The translations under genes were made by a program, and so were the position numbers. 64,000 bases of DNA from Eledone cirrhosa (Eukaryota): NCBI GenBank assembly GCA_964016885.1, contig OZ024754.1, positions 44,144,001 through 44,208,000 of the forward strand, in the 5' to 3' direction. A model generated the notes under the pieces. The model made no database searches, had not been told where the DNA came from, and saw only the letters and a program-made list of their open reading frames with translations. Of this stretch, positions 27,465 to 42,207 are shown piece after piece (the stretch's first letter is position 1; the number at the start of each line of letters is the position of its first letter).

Positions 27465-28606
27465 TAATACATGTATATAATAATATAAAGGACGCGCGCA
27501 TAACCAAAAGTTTAACAAGGTTCATTGAATAATCAATGAATAAAGTTTTACAATAGATTAGAAGCACTCAACAAAGAGGTTTTCTGGAGTTATTAATATT
27601 ACTTAATAAAATTAATATTACTTAATAAAAGCATTACAAGAATAATTATTCAGAGTCAATATCAATAAATATTCTTGTAATGCTTTTATTATTATTGCTA
27701 TTATTACTATTGGATATAAGGTTTCTACCTAACCATAGAAATTGTTTACCTGCTTTCTTATAGAATATGTTAATCTCTAGATTGTTTAAATACACTTAGT
27801 TTTGATTTTGTATTTTTTAAACCTTGTATCTGATAAATTTGATACCTGTAATGTCTTCAGACTCGTAAACCGTTTAATTACTTTAAATATTTGTTTACGT
27901 CGTACGAAGATATTGTTTACATTTATCGTATAAAAGTTTCGTTTTATCTAAATTGATTAATAATCTGTACTTAACTTGTATAATTTTGAATACAGTAAAA
28001 TCTAGTGAAATCAAAATTATAACACTCTTAAGTGTAAGTATAACTAATAATTAATATTATATATAATTGACAAATATCGATTTAAATCTTATAGTTTATA
28101 TAAAAACTATACAAATGCTTATATCTAAATAAATCTGGTTTAATAATATGATATATAATATCATTTATAAGCTTTATGGTTAGTTAGTAACATTTTTAAT
28201 TTTGATCTTTCTAACTAAATTATTGACTATATTTAATAATTTAAATATACTCTTGATTCCCTTGGAGTTATGTTAAATTATCTTTTTCACTTTATATTTG
28301 TTTTAATTTTGATATAATACAAGCTCTCTCATTTGCTCCTTCTATAATACGGAGATTTACATATTTTATTATTTAAATTTTTAACAGTTATGTAGTTATA
28401 TGTTTATATTTCTCACTTGCCTTTATATATACTTATTATATTTATTATTATATTTTTATACACCATTTCCTACGCACCCTCTCAATTATATGTAGTTTTT
28501 CATGTTACAACTTATGGTATATAAATATTGAGTTTTGTCATAACTAATCACTGCCAAGACTGGAATTGAACCATCAGCACAGTTGAGGTACGTCACACAT
28601 CAATTT

Positions 28607-28670
28607 ATTTTATCTGATGAGGACGTACTGATGAAATAGCTCAGTACCTCTGAAATATGTATAATAAAAT
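28607..28670 (+). ncRNA. Minimal type I hammerhead ribozyme motif (family B)
   Basis: ATTTTAT-CTGATGA-stem II (GTACTGA/TCAGTAC)-GAAA-TATGTA-TA-ATAAAAT; the base of stem II is imperfect. Confidence 0.7.
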
Positions 28671-28713
28671 ATATTTGATCACATGAATGTCCATATTTAT
28701 TAATATTTTGAAG

Positions 28714-28808
<95 letters not shown>

Positions 28809-29433
28809 AATTCCTCCGTGTCAGATATTTTACTCCGTTTTCTTAAGAGAGTGAATAACATGATCAACGCGTATGTCTGTGTATGTGTTTATATGTGTGT
28901 GTATGTGTGTGTATGTGTGTGCGCATGCACGCGTATGCGTGTGTATGTGTGTATGTACGTCTCTATTCGTATGTGTGTGCGTGTGTATGAGTATGGGTGT
29001 GCATGTGTGTGCGTGTGTATGCGTACGTGTGCATATGTGTTTGTAAGTGTGTAAGTGTGTAAGTGTGTATTCGTATGTACATAAATATACACAGATTATA
29101 GAAAGAAAGCTTGCTGTATTATATCGATGAAGTTTAGGAAGTTCAGTAAAATCAATACACGACATGTATATAGTATATATATGTGATCAATGTCACACAT
29201 TCGATCAGTTCAAAGTCGACAGGTTATTAACAAGGTTCTCTTAATATTCCAACACAAAATTATCCGCCAGGTAATCTTCAACAAAACTTAGCCGACTTTT
29301 CTAAATTTTGGTTTACTTGTTTCAGTAAAAACCTCGTCAGTTTCCGGTTGGTGTGTTAGCAGTCAGATAACGTTATGGAATGATGCACCATACGTAAAAG
29401 ATGTGTATATATACCACACACACATACAGATGT

Positions 29434-29476
<43 letters not shown>

Positions 29477-29673
29477 TAAGTATAATCCCGACCACGACAC
29501 CAAGTATCTCCCAGGCATTGAGCACTTCCATGGTTTGAGGTCTTCCTCAGTCTCAGTATGATAGACTCTCTCTTTCTCTCTCCCCCTTCTCTCTCTCTGT
29601 ATATATATATATGTATATATGTATATATGTACAGGAACGGTCTTGAATATGTCAATATCTGTAAAACAACTTT

Positions 29674-29739
29674 TTTATTTTATCTGATGAGTGCGTACCA
29701 AAAACTTTGGTACCCTTGAAATATATATAATAAAATAAA
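29674..29739 (+). ncRNA. Minimal type I hammerhead ribozyme motif (family B)
   Basis: TTTATTTTAT-CTGATGA-stem II (GTACCAAA/TTTGGTAC)-GAAA-TATATA-TA-ATAAAATAAA; 10-bp stem I, palindromic stem III. Confidence 0.78.
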
Positions 29740-29792
29740 TATGGTTTTATAAAGATAGTTTCCATTTACTAATATTATTGATATATATATAT

Positions 29793-29823
<31 letters not shown>

Positions 29824-29897
29824 AGAGTGGGAAATGAAATTTCGATTCATTTTTTCCGTCTATATATATATAGATATGTATATCTATATATATATAG

Positions 29898-29952
<55 letters not shown>

Positions 29953-29956
<4 letters not shown>

Positions 29957-30170
29957 GGGCGTGTGGCTGAGTGGTTAGAGAACTAGATTCGCAATCGTGA
30001 GGTTGTGAGTTCGATTTCTGGACCGGGCGATGCGTTATGTCCTTGAGCAAGACACTTTATTTCACGTTGCTCCTTTTACCTGGAGTTGTGACCGATAGAT
30101 AATATTAACAATTGGAAAGACCAATGGAAACACTGTTTCCTCGGTCCGATTTGACGAAAGTCGATCGTTA
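29953..30170 (+). mobile_element. tRNA-derived SINE
   Basis: A box TGGCTGAGTGG, B box GTTCGATTTC, then CCTTGAGCAAGACACTT domain; copies at ~26350-26563 (minus) and ~4600-4830 (minus, different tail). Confidence 0.85.
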
Positions 30171-30412
30171 GGAATATAGTGCATAAATTCTTGCAAATGG
30201 ATTCGGCGAAACTGCAGCCGGGGAGAAAAAAAATAGGTATATTTTTGTCTATTATTTCCTCGTATTTTTAATTTTATATATATATATATATATATATGAT
30301 TGTGTGTGTATGTGTGTATGTATATGTAGATATGTGTGTTTGTATATGTGTATATGTATATGTAGATATGCATGTGTATGTATACATGTATATGTAGATA
30401 TATAGATACAAA

Positions 30413-30470
<58 letters not shown>

Positions 30471-31051
30471 CACATATTTGTAGCCATCCATTCCATACAT
30501 ACACATTCTCTTGTGAGTCTGGACTCGCTCAACGAGTAAGATCATCGCTGACAAATATATCTCTATTGGAGATTGTGAGTCATGGCGTGGTTTTGAAAGC
30601 CTGCAGGGATTTGCATGTTTTGTTGCATAAAATACACTGATATTATCTATTCCCATCCTTTAGCTCCTCAGTCTGATTCAGATCATGATTATGTATCATT
30701 GTATGCCTTGTAGGTCCTCATTTATTAGTAAATTCTTTGCTATATGTACCACATATCAAGTTGTCTGCAAGGAATCGTTCATATTTGACCCATGGCATTT
30801 CTGTGTGTTTACGTATATGACTTGTTTAGTCAGGATTTAATAGGCATATTCGGTCATGTATATTGTATATAAATTGAAATACAGAGAACTCCATTAGTTG
30901 GCTTTTCATAGCTGAAAGCTTAATGCTTACCAATTCCGAAGAAGATTCTTGAAAAAAGACTTATACCACACAATATACTAGAGTGCTACATGTTTCTGTT
31001 TAATGACACGACCTCCCAGCGAGATAGGTCGTTTTTTTTTTACTGTGTTAA

Positions 31052-31272
31052 CCCTTTAGCGTTTACATTACTCTACATATACTATCGTAGTTTTGTGTTA
31101 AAGGCTTTATCTTACATAATTATCTCGCATTATGTCGAATCTATGAGATTTTGATGTTATTTATTTTGAGAACAATACCTTAATATCAGTATGAGTGACC
31201 AGTTATGGCCAGTTTTAACAGAAAGAGGCGAGAGAATTCTGGCCGGATATGGCCGGTTTAAATGCTAAAGGG
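31052..31272. mobile_element. piggyBac-type MITE
   Basis: TTAA-CCCTTTAGC ... GCTAAAGGG-TTAA. Confidence 0.88.
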
Positions 31273-31289
31273 TTAAGGAATCTTTCACA

Positions 31290-31650
31290 CAATCCTTGTA
31301 ACATAGCTTTGATATGTGTTGTGGTCATACACTAGGTATTAACACGCCCTAAAGGACTTGCTTTAGGATTCTGCTGTCGTCAGATTTAACAACTTGGTCT
31401 ACCCACCGAAGTCGATACTTGTGGATTTGAGCTTCAATGTTCACTGTTCCTACATTTGGTAATATTTCTGTGTCTGTTGTTTGTATATTTCAGTGAACCC
31501 CAAGAATGTCATGTAGACAACTCTGGTGAAACTGTTCGAGGAGTTTAATGTACCTGCGATAGATACCCAGGTATGGTGTTGGGAGGGTTAATAGTAACGG
31601 CTTGCTTTTGCTGGAGCTGTGTACTGATTTCAACCTGTATATCTCAAGTA
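31290..31650 (-). mobile_element. Decayed RTE LINE fragment
   Basis: YRRYIKLLEQFHQSCLHDILGVH matches the RTE post-RT motif. Confidence 0.7.
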
Positions 31651-31769
31651 CATATAAACACACGTACGTACATAGGACATACATACACTCACATTCATAC
31701 ACACATACTCACACACACACATACATACATATATACACACATACATACATACATACATACATACATACA

Positions 31770-31803
<34 letters not shown>

Positions 31804-32977
31804 CACACATGAGTACAATGAAATTCTTGAAACCGAACCTCTATTAGTGAAAATTTATAAAGTAATAAAACCAGAAGAACTCACACACGTACACACGTAC
31901 ACACATACACACGTACGTACTACATACACACATACGTACTTACTCATACATATATACATACTTACATTCACACATACTTTACTACACAAATACATAGCCA
32001 CACACACACACACACACACTTTATAATTTCATACTGCTTTACATATAAACCAAAGATTTGTCCTCGCATCTTCCTTGGTTCTGTAATCTATCTCGAGCCA
32101 CTTGCAATTGTTGATATGAGAATTGGAGGTAAATGAATGAAACAACCGGATTATTATAGAATATTGAACAAATGAAGACAGCAATTGGAGTATATCTGCC
32201 AAACTTTGTTAAATCAGATTCTTTAGTCAAGCACATTAGTGGAACTGTTTCATTCTATATGTGGAGAGGCAGGCATCTCCTAAAAAGATCTTTATCGAAA
32301 TTGCTGGCTGTATTGTAGTTAATTAGCACCTGTCAGGTGTTAAAATGATTCGACTTTGAAATAAATGTATAGAAAATTTGAAAAAAGAAAAAAGAAAAAT
32401 GTTGTAAATACAATGAGCAGTATAAAATATTTGGCGTTCATTTTGGAATTCTGATTAAATTTTTAGACATAATGGAAGCCAAATTATGTCCGAGTATGGC
32501 CACTTCTTAGAACAGAAGTTCCGAAAGTGGGCGCTATTGTGAGAAGGTCCAGGAGGTGCTGGTGCCTAAGGGGCAAGTGGGGGGAGGTAGAGATGATATA
32601 ATAGTATATTAAATATCAAATGATATATATTATATATAAATATAGTAAAATATAAAATATATAATATTTATTTATACATAGTATGTATTATATTATTTAT
32701 TATATATAAATTAACGATTTTATTTATTATATATTATTTACAATTTGTATGTAGGCAGGTCTCTCTGGAAATAGGGTTGGGGGGTGCGGAGGGTATTACG
32801 TGAGGAGGGGAGGAGTGGACCCTAAAGTTTAAGAACCTCTGTCTTTGAACATAAACTAAAAGACATTGGCAAAATCGTGTAATTGGTGTTGCTGTCGTTG
32901 ATGCCGCCTTAGATGGCTTCTCAGATTAGGAAGTGACATACCACACAGTGTACAGTTTCTGGCTTGCTTGAGTCCAC

Positions 32978-33805
32978 TGGTGGTGGTGGTGGTGGTGGTG
33001 GTAGTGGTGGTGGTGGTGGTGGTGGTGGTAGTGGTGGTGGTGGTGGTGGTGGTGTTGGTGGTGGTGGTGGTGGTAGTGGTGGTGGTGGTAGTGGTGGTGG
33101 TGGTGGTGGTGGTGGTGGTGGTGGTGGTGGTGGTGGTGGTGGTGGTGGTGGTAGTGGTGGTGGTGGTGGTGGTGGTGTTGGTGGTGGTGGTGGTGGTAGT
33201 GGTGGTGGTGGTAGTGGTGGTGGTGGTGGTGGTGGTGGTGGTGGTGGTGGTGGTGGTGGTGGTAGTGGTGGTGGTGGTGGTGGTGGTGGAGGTGGTAGTG
33301 GTGGTAGTGTTGGTGGTGGTGGTGGTGGTTGTAGTGTTGGTGGTGGTGGTGTTGGTGGTGGTGGCAGTGGTGGTGGTGGTAGTGGTGGTGGTGGTGGTGG
33401 TGGTGGTAGTGGTGGTAGTGTTGGTGGTAGTGGTGGTGGTGGTGGTGGTAGTGATGGTGGTGGTGTTGGTGGTGGTGGTGGTGGTAGTGGTGTTGGTGGT
33501 AGTGGTGTTGGTGGTAGTGGTGTTGGTGGTAGTGGTGTTGGTGGTAGTGGTCTTGGTGGTAGTGGTGGTGGTGGTGTTGGTAGTGGTGGTGGTGGTGTTG
33601 GTGTTGGTAGTGGTGGTGGTGGTGTTGGTGGTGGTGGTGGTGGTAGTGGTGTTGGTGGTAGTGGTGTTGGTGGTAGTGGTGTTTGTGACGGTGGTGTTGG
33701 TGGTAGTGGTGGTGGTGGTAGTGGTGTTGGTGGTAGTGGTGGTGGTGGTGGTAGTGGTGTTGGTGGTAGTGGTGGTGGTGGTGGTGTTTGTGACGGTGGT
33801 GGTGG
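32978..33805. repeat. Complex (GGT)n trinucleotide tract
   Basis: Direct reading; similar tract at 35580-36270. Confidence 0.95.
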
Positions 33806-34467
33806 AGAGTGAAGATTTCAAACCAGGAATAAACCTAGGCCGCACTATTGTATTAAAAACCGTTCGTTTGTGTTAATATTTCAGATAATTCGATATTTTG
33901 GTAGCAATGGCACGAACGGAGTCTCACCTCTTGAGCATAACTTTTGAACTGGCACACATACACGTATGTGCCTCTCTCTCTCTCTCTCTTTCTCTCTCAT
34001 TCTCCCCCTTTCTCCCCCTCTCCCCCCTCTCTCTATATATATACATACACACATACATGGTGATGGCTGTAACTTGATTTCGAGTAATGCCATCGTTTGA
34101 TACTTAAACATGAACATCAAAGACGTGGCTTTTTAGTCCTGCTAAGGACTTGCCTGTGGCCAGCAATACCATACACCTAAAAAAATGTCACATATCAAAC
34201 GATGCCTGTGTTTGAAGCTTTTTTAAGTGAGGAAAGGGTTTGCACGGAACCAATCCCACTCTCTGAACATTGAATGCATTTACCCCAAAAGTAGAACTGG
34301 TCAACATTATTGGATGCAGACGAAGTCGCAGGTTTTATATGAGAGTGACCTTCTCCTAGAGATGTCTTAATGAAGACTAGGAGTCTCTCACTCCACAGAA
34401 AAGAAATCTCTATTGGATGGCCGTTGACTCTCCTGAATTCCTCCGCCCTTTTTCTGTCGGTATCCCT

Positions 34468-34555
<88 letters not shown>

Positions 34556-34999
34556 GTTTATGAAGAAAAAAATTAAGTATAGTGATAGATGGGGAGGGCG
34601 AGAGAGATGGAAGCGATGACAGTGGGAGTTTGGCTCCTCTGTGCTTGGGCCTGGTGTACATATGTGTCCCTACTTACTCTCTTATCATTTAGGCATATTT
34701 ATCAGTAAAAAGTAAGCAGGAAAAAATCAAAATGTTGGCAGACGTTCTTTCCTGTACTCTCCAATACAGCCAGATCTGCTTTTCTTTACCCCTCCACCAT
34801 ATTTCAGTGAAATATACCATTTAAGAAAATAACTCAACCCACATTTCTCTATTTTCTCTTCATATTTATAATTGTTATAGAGCTCCGATTAATTGATTAT
34901 ATTTTTAATTCTTTCAGCCATTAAGCAAAACTGATAAAAGCGGGACACAACGTATCTATAAGTGTATGTAGCTTATTATATATATATATATATATATAT

Positions 35000-35300
35000 T
35001 TCGTTTCTGAATTTGTTTAGCAAGATTCTTTATCTGAAAACGTGTGTTGAAACCAATATTGTTATGCTTTGGGAGGGTCATGTTGCCAATAAGAAACACA
35101 CGCACCAGTTGCTTTCACTCTAATTTATTATAAATTAAATTTATAAATTTCCGATTGGTTGGTTGGTTCCACAACCGGACGGTTGTTCATATATTGTCAA
35201 AGTTCTTTCGTCACACATTCTGTGACCTCTTCAGTGACTGTGGATTCTTTTCTTTGTATTTGTGCCTCTCCTTTGTTCTGTCCTACGCCATCTTGTTTTT
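35000..35300 (-). mobile_element. Single copy of the family A hammerhead-bearing element
   Basis: Colinear with 8891-9209; bounded by (TA)n and (TG)n(TA)n. Confidence 0.75.
35195..35239 (-). ncRNA. Minimal type I hammerhead ribozyme motif (family A)
   Basis: AGTCA-CTGAAGA-G-GTCAC(AGAATGT)GTGAC-GAAA-GAAC-TT-TGACA. Confidence 0.75.
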
Positions 35301-35302
35301 GC

Positions 35303-35374
<72 letters not shown>

Positions 35375-36549
35375 TTATGCTGTTTACTCTTCTTGATAAT
35401 ACTGACGATGATGATGATGGTGATGATGATAGAAAAAGATGTGAAAGCCAGACCACCCCTCCCCCCTCCCCCCCCACTACAAAATTGTAGCTGGAGATGT
35501 AATATAATAAATATACTAAATTGATGACGGAGGTGTCATAATGACAATTATTATTATGATGTTCAATATTTAATTAGCTGTGGTGTTGTTGTTGTTGGTG
35601 GTGGTGGTGGTGGTAGTGGTGGTGGTGTTGTTGTTGGTGGTGGTGGTGGTGGTGGTAGTGGTGGTGGTGGTGTTGTTGGTAGTGGTGGTGTTGGTAGTGG
35701 TGGTGGTGGTGTTGTTGGTGGTGGTGTTGTTGGTAGTGGTGGTGTTGGTGGTGGTGTTATTGTTGTTGTTGTTGTTGTTGGTGGTGGTGGTAGTTGTGGT
35801 GGTGGTGGTGGTGGTGGTATTGTTGGTAGTGGTGGTGGTGGTGGTGGTGGTAGTTGTGGTGGTGGTAGTTGATGGTGGTGGTGGTGGTATTGTTGGTAGT
35901 TGTGGTTGTGGTGGTGGTGGTGGTATTGTTGGTAGTGGTGGTGGTGGTGGTGGTGGTGGTGGTGGTGGTAGTTGTGGTGGTGGTGGTAGTTGTGGTGGTG
36001 GTGGTTGATGGTGGTGGTGGTGGTATTGTTGGTAGTTGTGGTGGTGGTGGTGGTATTGTTGGTAGTTGTGGTGGTGGTGGTTGATGGTGGTGGTGGTGGT
36101 ATTGTTGGTAGTTGTGGTGGTGGTGGTGGTAGTTGTGGTGGTGGTGGTTGATGGTGGTGGTGGTGGTATTGTTGGTAGTTGTGGTGGTGGTGGTGGTAGT
36201 TGTGGTGGTGGTGGTTGATGGTGGTGGTGGTGGTATTGTTGGTAGTTGTGGTGGTGGTGGTGGTAGTTGTAGCTGAGACCAATAAAATCTAATTAAGTGT
36301 TCAGTTTCGTATATTTGTAGACTGTGACATTACTAATCAATGTCACCCATTATATAACGACACGACACCCATACAAGGAGATTTACAGCTTCTTTGGAAT
36401 GTTCTAGATTGTTTTTTTTATTATTTTATTCTATTGTTTTAGTCTTTTATTAAATTAGATCGAATTAAGTCGTCCTATTAGGTTTTATTGTTTATATTAG
36501 AGAAATATGTTAACCTTGTTATAACTGTATCGATTATTTTGACCGGCAT

Positions 36550-37390
36550 ACACACCACACAACATGTATATATACATGTATATATACATGTATATATACA
36601 TGTATATATACCACACACACCACATGTATATATATATATCACATACACCACATGTATATATATATATCACATACACCACACCACATGTATATATATATCA
36701 CATACACCACATGTATATATATATATCACATACACCACACCACACCACACCACATGTATATATATATCACATACACCACATGTATATATATCACATACAC
36801 CACACCACATGAATATATATATCACATACATCACACCACACCACATGTATATATATATATCACATACACCACATGTATATATATATATCACATACACCAC
36901 ACCACACCACATGTATATATATATATCACATACACCACACCACATGTATATATATATCACATACACCACATGTATATATATCACATACACCACACCACAT
37001 GAATATATATATCACATACATCACACCACACCACATGTATATATATATATCACATACACCACATGTATATATATATATCACATACACCACACCACACCAC
37101 ATGTATATATATATATCACATACACCACACCACATGTATATATATATCACATACACCACATGTATATATATCACATACACCACACCACATGAATATATAT
37201 ATCACATACATCACATCACACCACATGTATATATATATATCACATACACCACATGTATATATATATATCACATACACCACACCACATGTATATATATATC
37301 ACATACACCACACCACATGTATATATATATATCACATACACCACACCACACCACATGTATATATATATCACATACACCACACCACATGTA
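36550..37390. repeat. Minisatellite (~26-31 bp, CACCACATGTATATATATATCACATA) with 190-bp higher-order period
   Basis: Variant GAATATATATATCACATACATCAC recurs at 36811, 37001 and 37191. Confidence 0.9.
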
Positions 37391-37597
37391 GAAAATGACG
37401 AGCCGTGGGTGGTTTTTCTGCTAGTATTATATAATGAGTGTATCAATACACGATTCTATCATATCAATATATGATGAGAGGACATTTGTCTGGATTTGAT
37501 GGAAGGAAGATGAGAGGACATTTGTCTGGCCTCTCTCACATCCAGACACACATCTTTCTTCATTGAATATTTATATTTGCTCACGTGACACTGCTCC

Positions 37598-37645
37598 TGT
37601 TGTTGTTACTACTGTTGTCGTCGTCGTTGTTGTCGTTGCTGCTGC

Positions 37646-37676
<31 letters not shown>

Positions 37677-38178
37677 GTCGCTGTTGTTGTTGTTGTCGTT
37701 GCTGTTGTCGTTGTTGTTGTCGTTGTTGTTGCTGCTGTTGTTGTTGTCGTTGTTGTCGTTGCTGCTGTTGTTGTTGTCGTTGTTGTTGCTGCTGTTGTTG
37801 TTGTCGTTGTTGTCGTTGTTGTTGTTGTCGTCGTCGTTGTTTTCGTTGTCGTTGTTGTTGTTGTCGTTGTTGTCGTGGCTGTTGTTGTTGTTGTTGTCGT
37901 TGCTGCTGTTGTCGTCGTCGTTGTTGTCGTTGTTGCTGTTGTTGTTGTCGTTGTTGTTGTCGTTGCTGCTGTTATTGTCGTCGTTGTTGTTGTCGTTGTT
38001 GTTGTCGTTGCTGCTGTTATTGTCGTCGTTGTTGTTGTCGTTGTTGTTGTCGTTGCTGCTGTTATTGTCGTCGTTGTTGTTGTCGTTGTTGTTGTCGTCG
38101 TCGTTGTTGTCGTTGCTGCTGTTGTTGTCGTTGTTGTTGTTGTTGTCGTTGTTGTCGTTGTTGTTGCTGCTGTTGTTA
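37598..38178. repeat. Complex (GTT/GTC/GCT)n tract
   Basis: Direct reading. Confidence 0.95.
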
Positions 38179-38528
38179 CAGCCTTCTATATCAGCCGTTA
38201 TATCCGCCACCGTCTTCAGGTGTCCTAATACCTCAGTCTCACCAGTCCACCTCCATTGTTCCGTCTCCGTCTCTTCTCTCTCCACCCCCTCTCCCTGAAG
38301 AATACACACACACACACATAGATACACACACACACACACACACACGGCAGACACACAGACAGACACACAGAGACAGACACAGACCACACACAGAGACAGA
38401 CACAGACACACACACAGGCATACATACAGACACAGACACACTGACGCCCACACACACACAGATACTCACACACAGACAGGCACAGACACACAAACGCACA
38501 CACACACATAACACACAGATACACACAA

Positions 38529-38651
<123 letters not shown>

Positions 38652-38795
38652 CAAAAGATGGTTAAAAGAGTTCCATGTATTTTATTAACCATCTTTTGAT
38701 CTTATATATTATTTATACTCCAGTCCTACAAACTGTTGAGTGCTACTTATCCGATATCTGCATTGCTTTATTGTACTACAATAAAACTCACCTCC

Positions 38796-38866
<71 letters not shown>

Positions 38867-39009
38867 ATATAATCATATTATAAGATATATATTTTTGAAG
38901 TTCTGGTCAACTTTATTTAGTTACCTACTTAGCTATGTGTGGTTACACACTTGTAAAAATTATCTCCTGTGATTATTCATGTTTATATATATGTTAATCA
39001 ATTTCTAGT

Positions 39010-39067
<58 letters not shown>

Positions 39068-40421
39068 ATAATAATAAAATTGAAGACTAAAATCCAAAGA
39101 GGGCTCGATAAGGAAAATATATATCAAATATATAAGAACCGAAGAGCAAATATTTATTTATATATATATTATATATACGTGTCTGTATTTGTATACATAT
39201 TGATATCTTCTGTCTGTTTGTCTATCGTGAAATGTTCAGAAATAGATTTTCTATATTTTATTTTTATTTTTGAAGTGGGAAATAGTTATTTAATATAGAT
39301 AAGTATCGAATGTATTTTCTGTGGGAAGTAATGACGTCAGGGAGATAATAGTGTAGAGTGGAGTCGCATACATTCGTATATATGCATGGTTTTGGCGAGC
39401 TGATTGGATGTGTCAGTCACATTCGAGCAGCCAGTGTGTGAAGTGCGATGCTACATACTTGTCATATGTTCATGTCAGCCGTTATATCGGAACATGTGGA
39501 CCTACGATCTTGCATCAACTTTTGCCAAAAAATTCCACAGATTTTAGGAATGAATGTCATCCAAATAATTATTTGTACTTTGGGCACAAGGCCAGCAATT
39601 AAACCCAGTGCATTACTGGTACTTTATTTTATCGATACTGTAAGGAAGAAAGGCAAAGTTAACCTCGGTGGGACTCGTACTCAGAACGTAAAAGGCCATA
39701 ACTCTATACTGCAAAGCATTTTGTCTGACATGCACACGCACACGTGCACGCATGTGTGTTAGTGTCAGTTATAATTTGTGCAGTGTCTTGTCATGTTCTC
39801 TCTATTGCACTAATGAAATCTTTATAATTATTTTGAGATTGATATTATATATATTAACTGTATAATGATTTCTACTTTAGTCACAAGGCCAGCAATGTGA
39901 AGGGGAGGGGGGAGGGTCGTCGTACAAATTGCCCTCAGAGCATTACTGGTACTTTATTTTTTCAAGCCTGAAATTATCAAAGTCAAAGCTAACCTCGGCG
40001 GGATTAGAACTCAGAACGCAAAGGGCCGTAACTCTATGCCATTAAGCATGTTGTCCGACGCTCTACCAATTCAGTCAATCCATTATTAACCATATATGGT
40101 TGTTAGATATAAACCATATATGGCAGTTAACCATTTATGGTTGTTATGTAAAAAATGCTGATGTGAGTGTAAACAAATTAAAAATGTCAAAACGACCCAG
40201 AAATATTCTTTAACCAATTAAAGATAACGATGGAATGTAGATTTTTTAATTATTGAGATAATGAAATTTTAGCAAAGATTTTGGTAAGAATTTTCTCACG
40301 TACTTTTAGTAAAATAATTTTCAATTCAACAGCAATTTCGAATATATACAAAACTATATTACACATACATGCGTACATACATACATACACATACACACAG
40401 CCACGCACACACACACACACA

Positions 40422-40472
<51 letters not shown>

Positions 40473-40659
40473 TCACACACACACATATATATATAAATAT
40501 ATATATATACATGGCGATAATAATCATCATTTTCCTTCATACATAGTCCATTATATCAGATGTTTGTTACGTCTTTATATATATATATATCCAGCGAACC
40601 TTCAACCGCCAAGGTTGTTTTTCTACGGGTATGTCAACATTTATAAAACATATTTTGTA

Positions 40660-40720
40660 TTTTATCTGATGAAAGCGCACCAAAATTGCCTTGGTTGCCC
40701 TTGAAATATATATAATAAAA
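40660..40720 (+). ncRNA. Minimal type I hammerhead ribozyme motif (family B)
   Basis: TTTTAT-CTGATGA-AAGCGCACCAA..TTGGTTGCCCTT-GAAA-TATATA-TA-ATAAAA. Confidence 0.72.
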
Positions 40721-40790
40721 ATTATGGTTTTATAAATATAGTTTCAATTTATTAATATATTGTATATATATATATATGTCAATCGACTTT

Positions 40791-40933
<143 letters not shown>

Positions 40934-41241
40934 GCGTATGAGAGAAAGAAAAAAGGAAACGGAAATATAAAACAAAAATATGGCCGGAGAACACAGAACT
41001 ACATTTGGTTATTCAGGGAAATCTCACAAGAGATTATTGAAAATAAATAATTACTATAATATCGATCACATAAAGATGACGAATTTGGTCGGTTTTATAC
41101 TTAGAGAGATACAATAATAGAACAAAACTGTTTTACATACATCGGCTCTGTCATCTATTTTAAACTTATTTGAACGAATAACTGTATGGAACTCATTTGA
41201 ACTTCCTCCTGTCTTAGAAAAGGATACAACGGTAATTAGCA

Positions 41242-41665
41242 TACGAGAAGGTGCTGAAAAGTTCCTGGCTTGGGGTAAAAGAAAATACAGGAGGATCAGT
41301 TAATTATGATTTTATTCAACATATTTCCCTCTCAGATTCATACACATATTGAAGCGCTACAACCAGGGCTCTGTAGCAATGATCACTTCCGAATCGGAGT
41401 GAAATTTCGTTCCCTTGAAATGTTTCTTCAGTTGTGGAAAGAAGTGATAGTCGGACGAGGTTCAAGTCAGGAGAGTAAGTTGGGTGGTCTACCAAATCGA
41501 AGCCAAAGTTGCGTATCTTCCGTAGAGTTTCATGTGTTGTGTATGCTGGTGCATTGCCCTGCAAAAACAGGACACCACGGCTCAGCTTTCCACGACGTTT
41601 CTGCTTTAAAGTTTCACGAAGTTCCTCCAACAGAGACATGTAATGGTCAGGGTTGATAGCATATA
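41242..41665 (-). mobile_element. mariner transposase 3' fragment with TIR
   Basis: KRRGKLSRGVLFLQGNAPAY ... HPTYSPDL; terminal TACGAGAAGGTGCTGAAAAGTTCCTGGCT. Confidence 0.85.
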
Positions 41666-42207
41666 ATTAGGCTGATATTATTTTCCACGATAAAAAAATG
41701 ACATTAATGTATAACTATTGTAGAGAACGACACCAAATGATTGTAGAACCCATCTGAAGAACTAACGAATTACAATAACTGAGTTTACCAATTAACAAAC
41801 ATTATAGCAGTAATGGAATGTAGTAATTGGTACTAGAGGAATAGCACAAACATTTGTAGAAATACATTGGCAGATTACCCATGAAGATAAACATTGGCAT
41901 GAAGCAGAAAATAGTAATTCTACGATAGAACATTCCCCCTCTGAGGTTTATTAACCTGGAAAGTTTCTATGTTTCTCAGATCTATCTGAATGGTTTTTTT
42001 TATGTAACAAAGAAAATTATACATTTGGTAAACCATAATAGTCAAAATATATTTTACGCAGAGAAAGGGACATATCCACTGAAAAAATACGATCGCGATT
42101 ACAAGCGGACGAAATGGGGTTCCTCCAAAAGGTCTTTGGAGTAACATTACTCGATAAAGAGCGTAGCTCGGAGATCAGAGAGTCGCTCCAGGTAGAGCCG
42201 CTATTTC

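Noticed and set aside
27700-28560. Autonomous Penelope body upstream of the 28607 hammerhead
   Set aside because: Very AT-rich and stop-laden; only vague RT-like words (LINLDKTK on minus); cannot be assigned without a profile search.
29955-30030. tRNA gene
   Set aside because: A and B boxes continue directly into a SINE body found in several copies.
32043-32195. Candidate MAM1-start exon (HSFTSNSHINNCKWLE...NLWFI)
   Set aside because: Weak acceptor; its phase-1 donor would create TAA on splicing to 27153; motif match is marginal.
32964-33812. Poly-Gly ORF as ALK's glycine-rich domain, or poly-Thr mucin
   Set aside because: The Gly frame is on the wrong strand and upstream of MAM1; it is a single-codon (GGT)n microsatellite with no splice support.
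37585-38295. Thr/Ala-rich or Asn-rich exon (AG at 38296, GTGAGC donor at 37584)
   Set aside because: Splice-like ends exist and one frame is phase-compatible, but the content is a compound trinucleotide repeat like others here (e.g. 54050-54280) and would interrupt MAM1.
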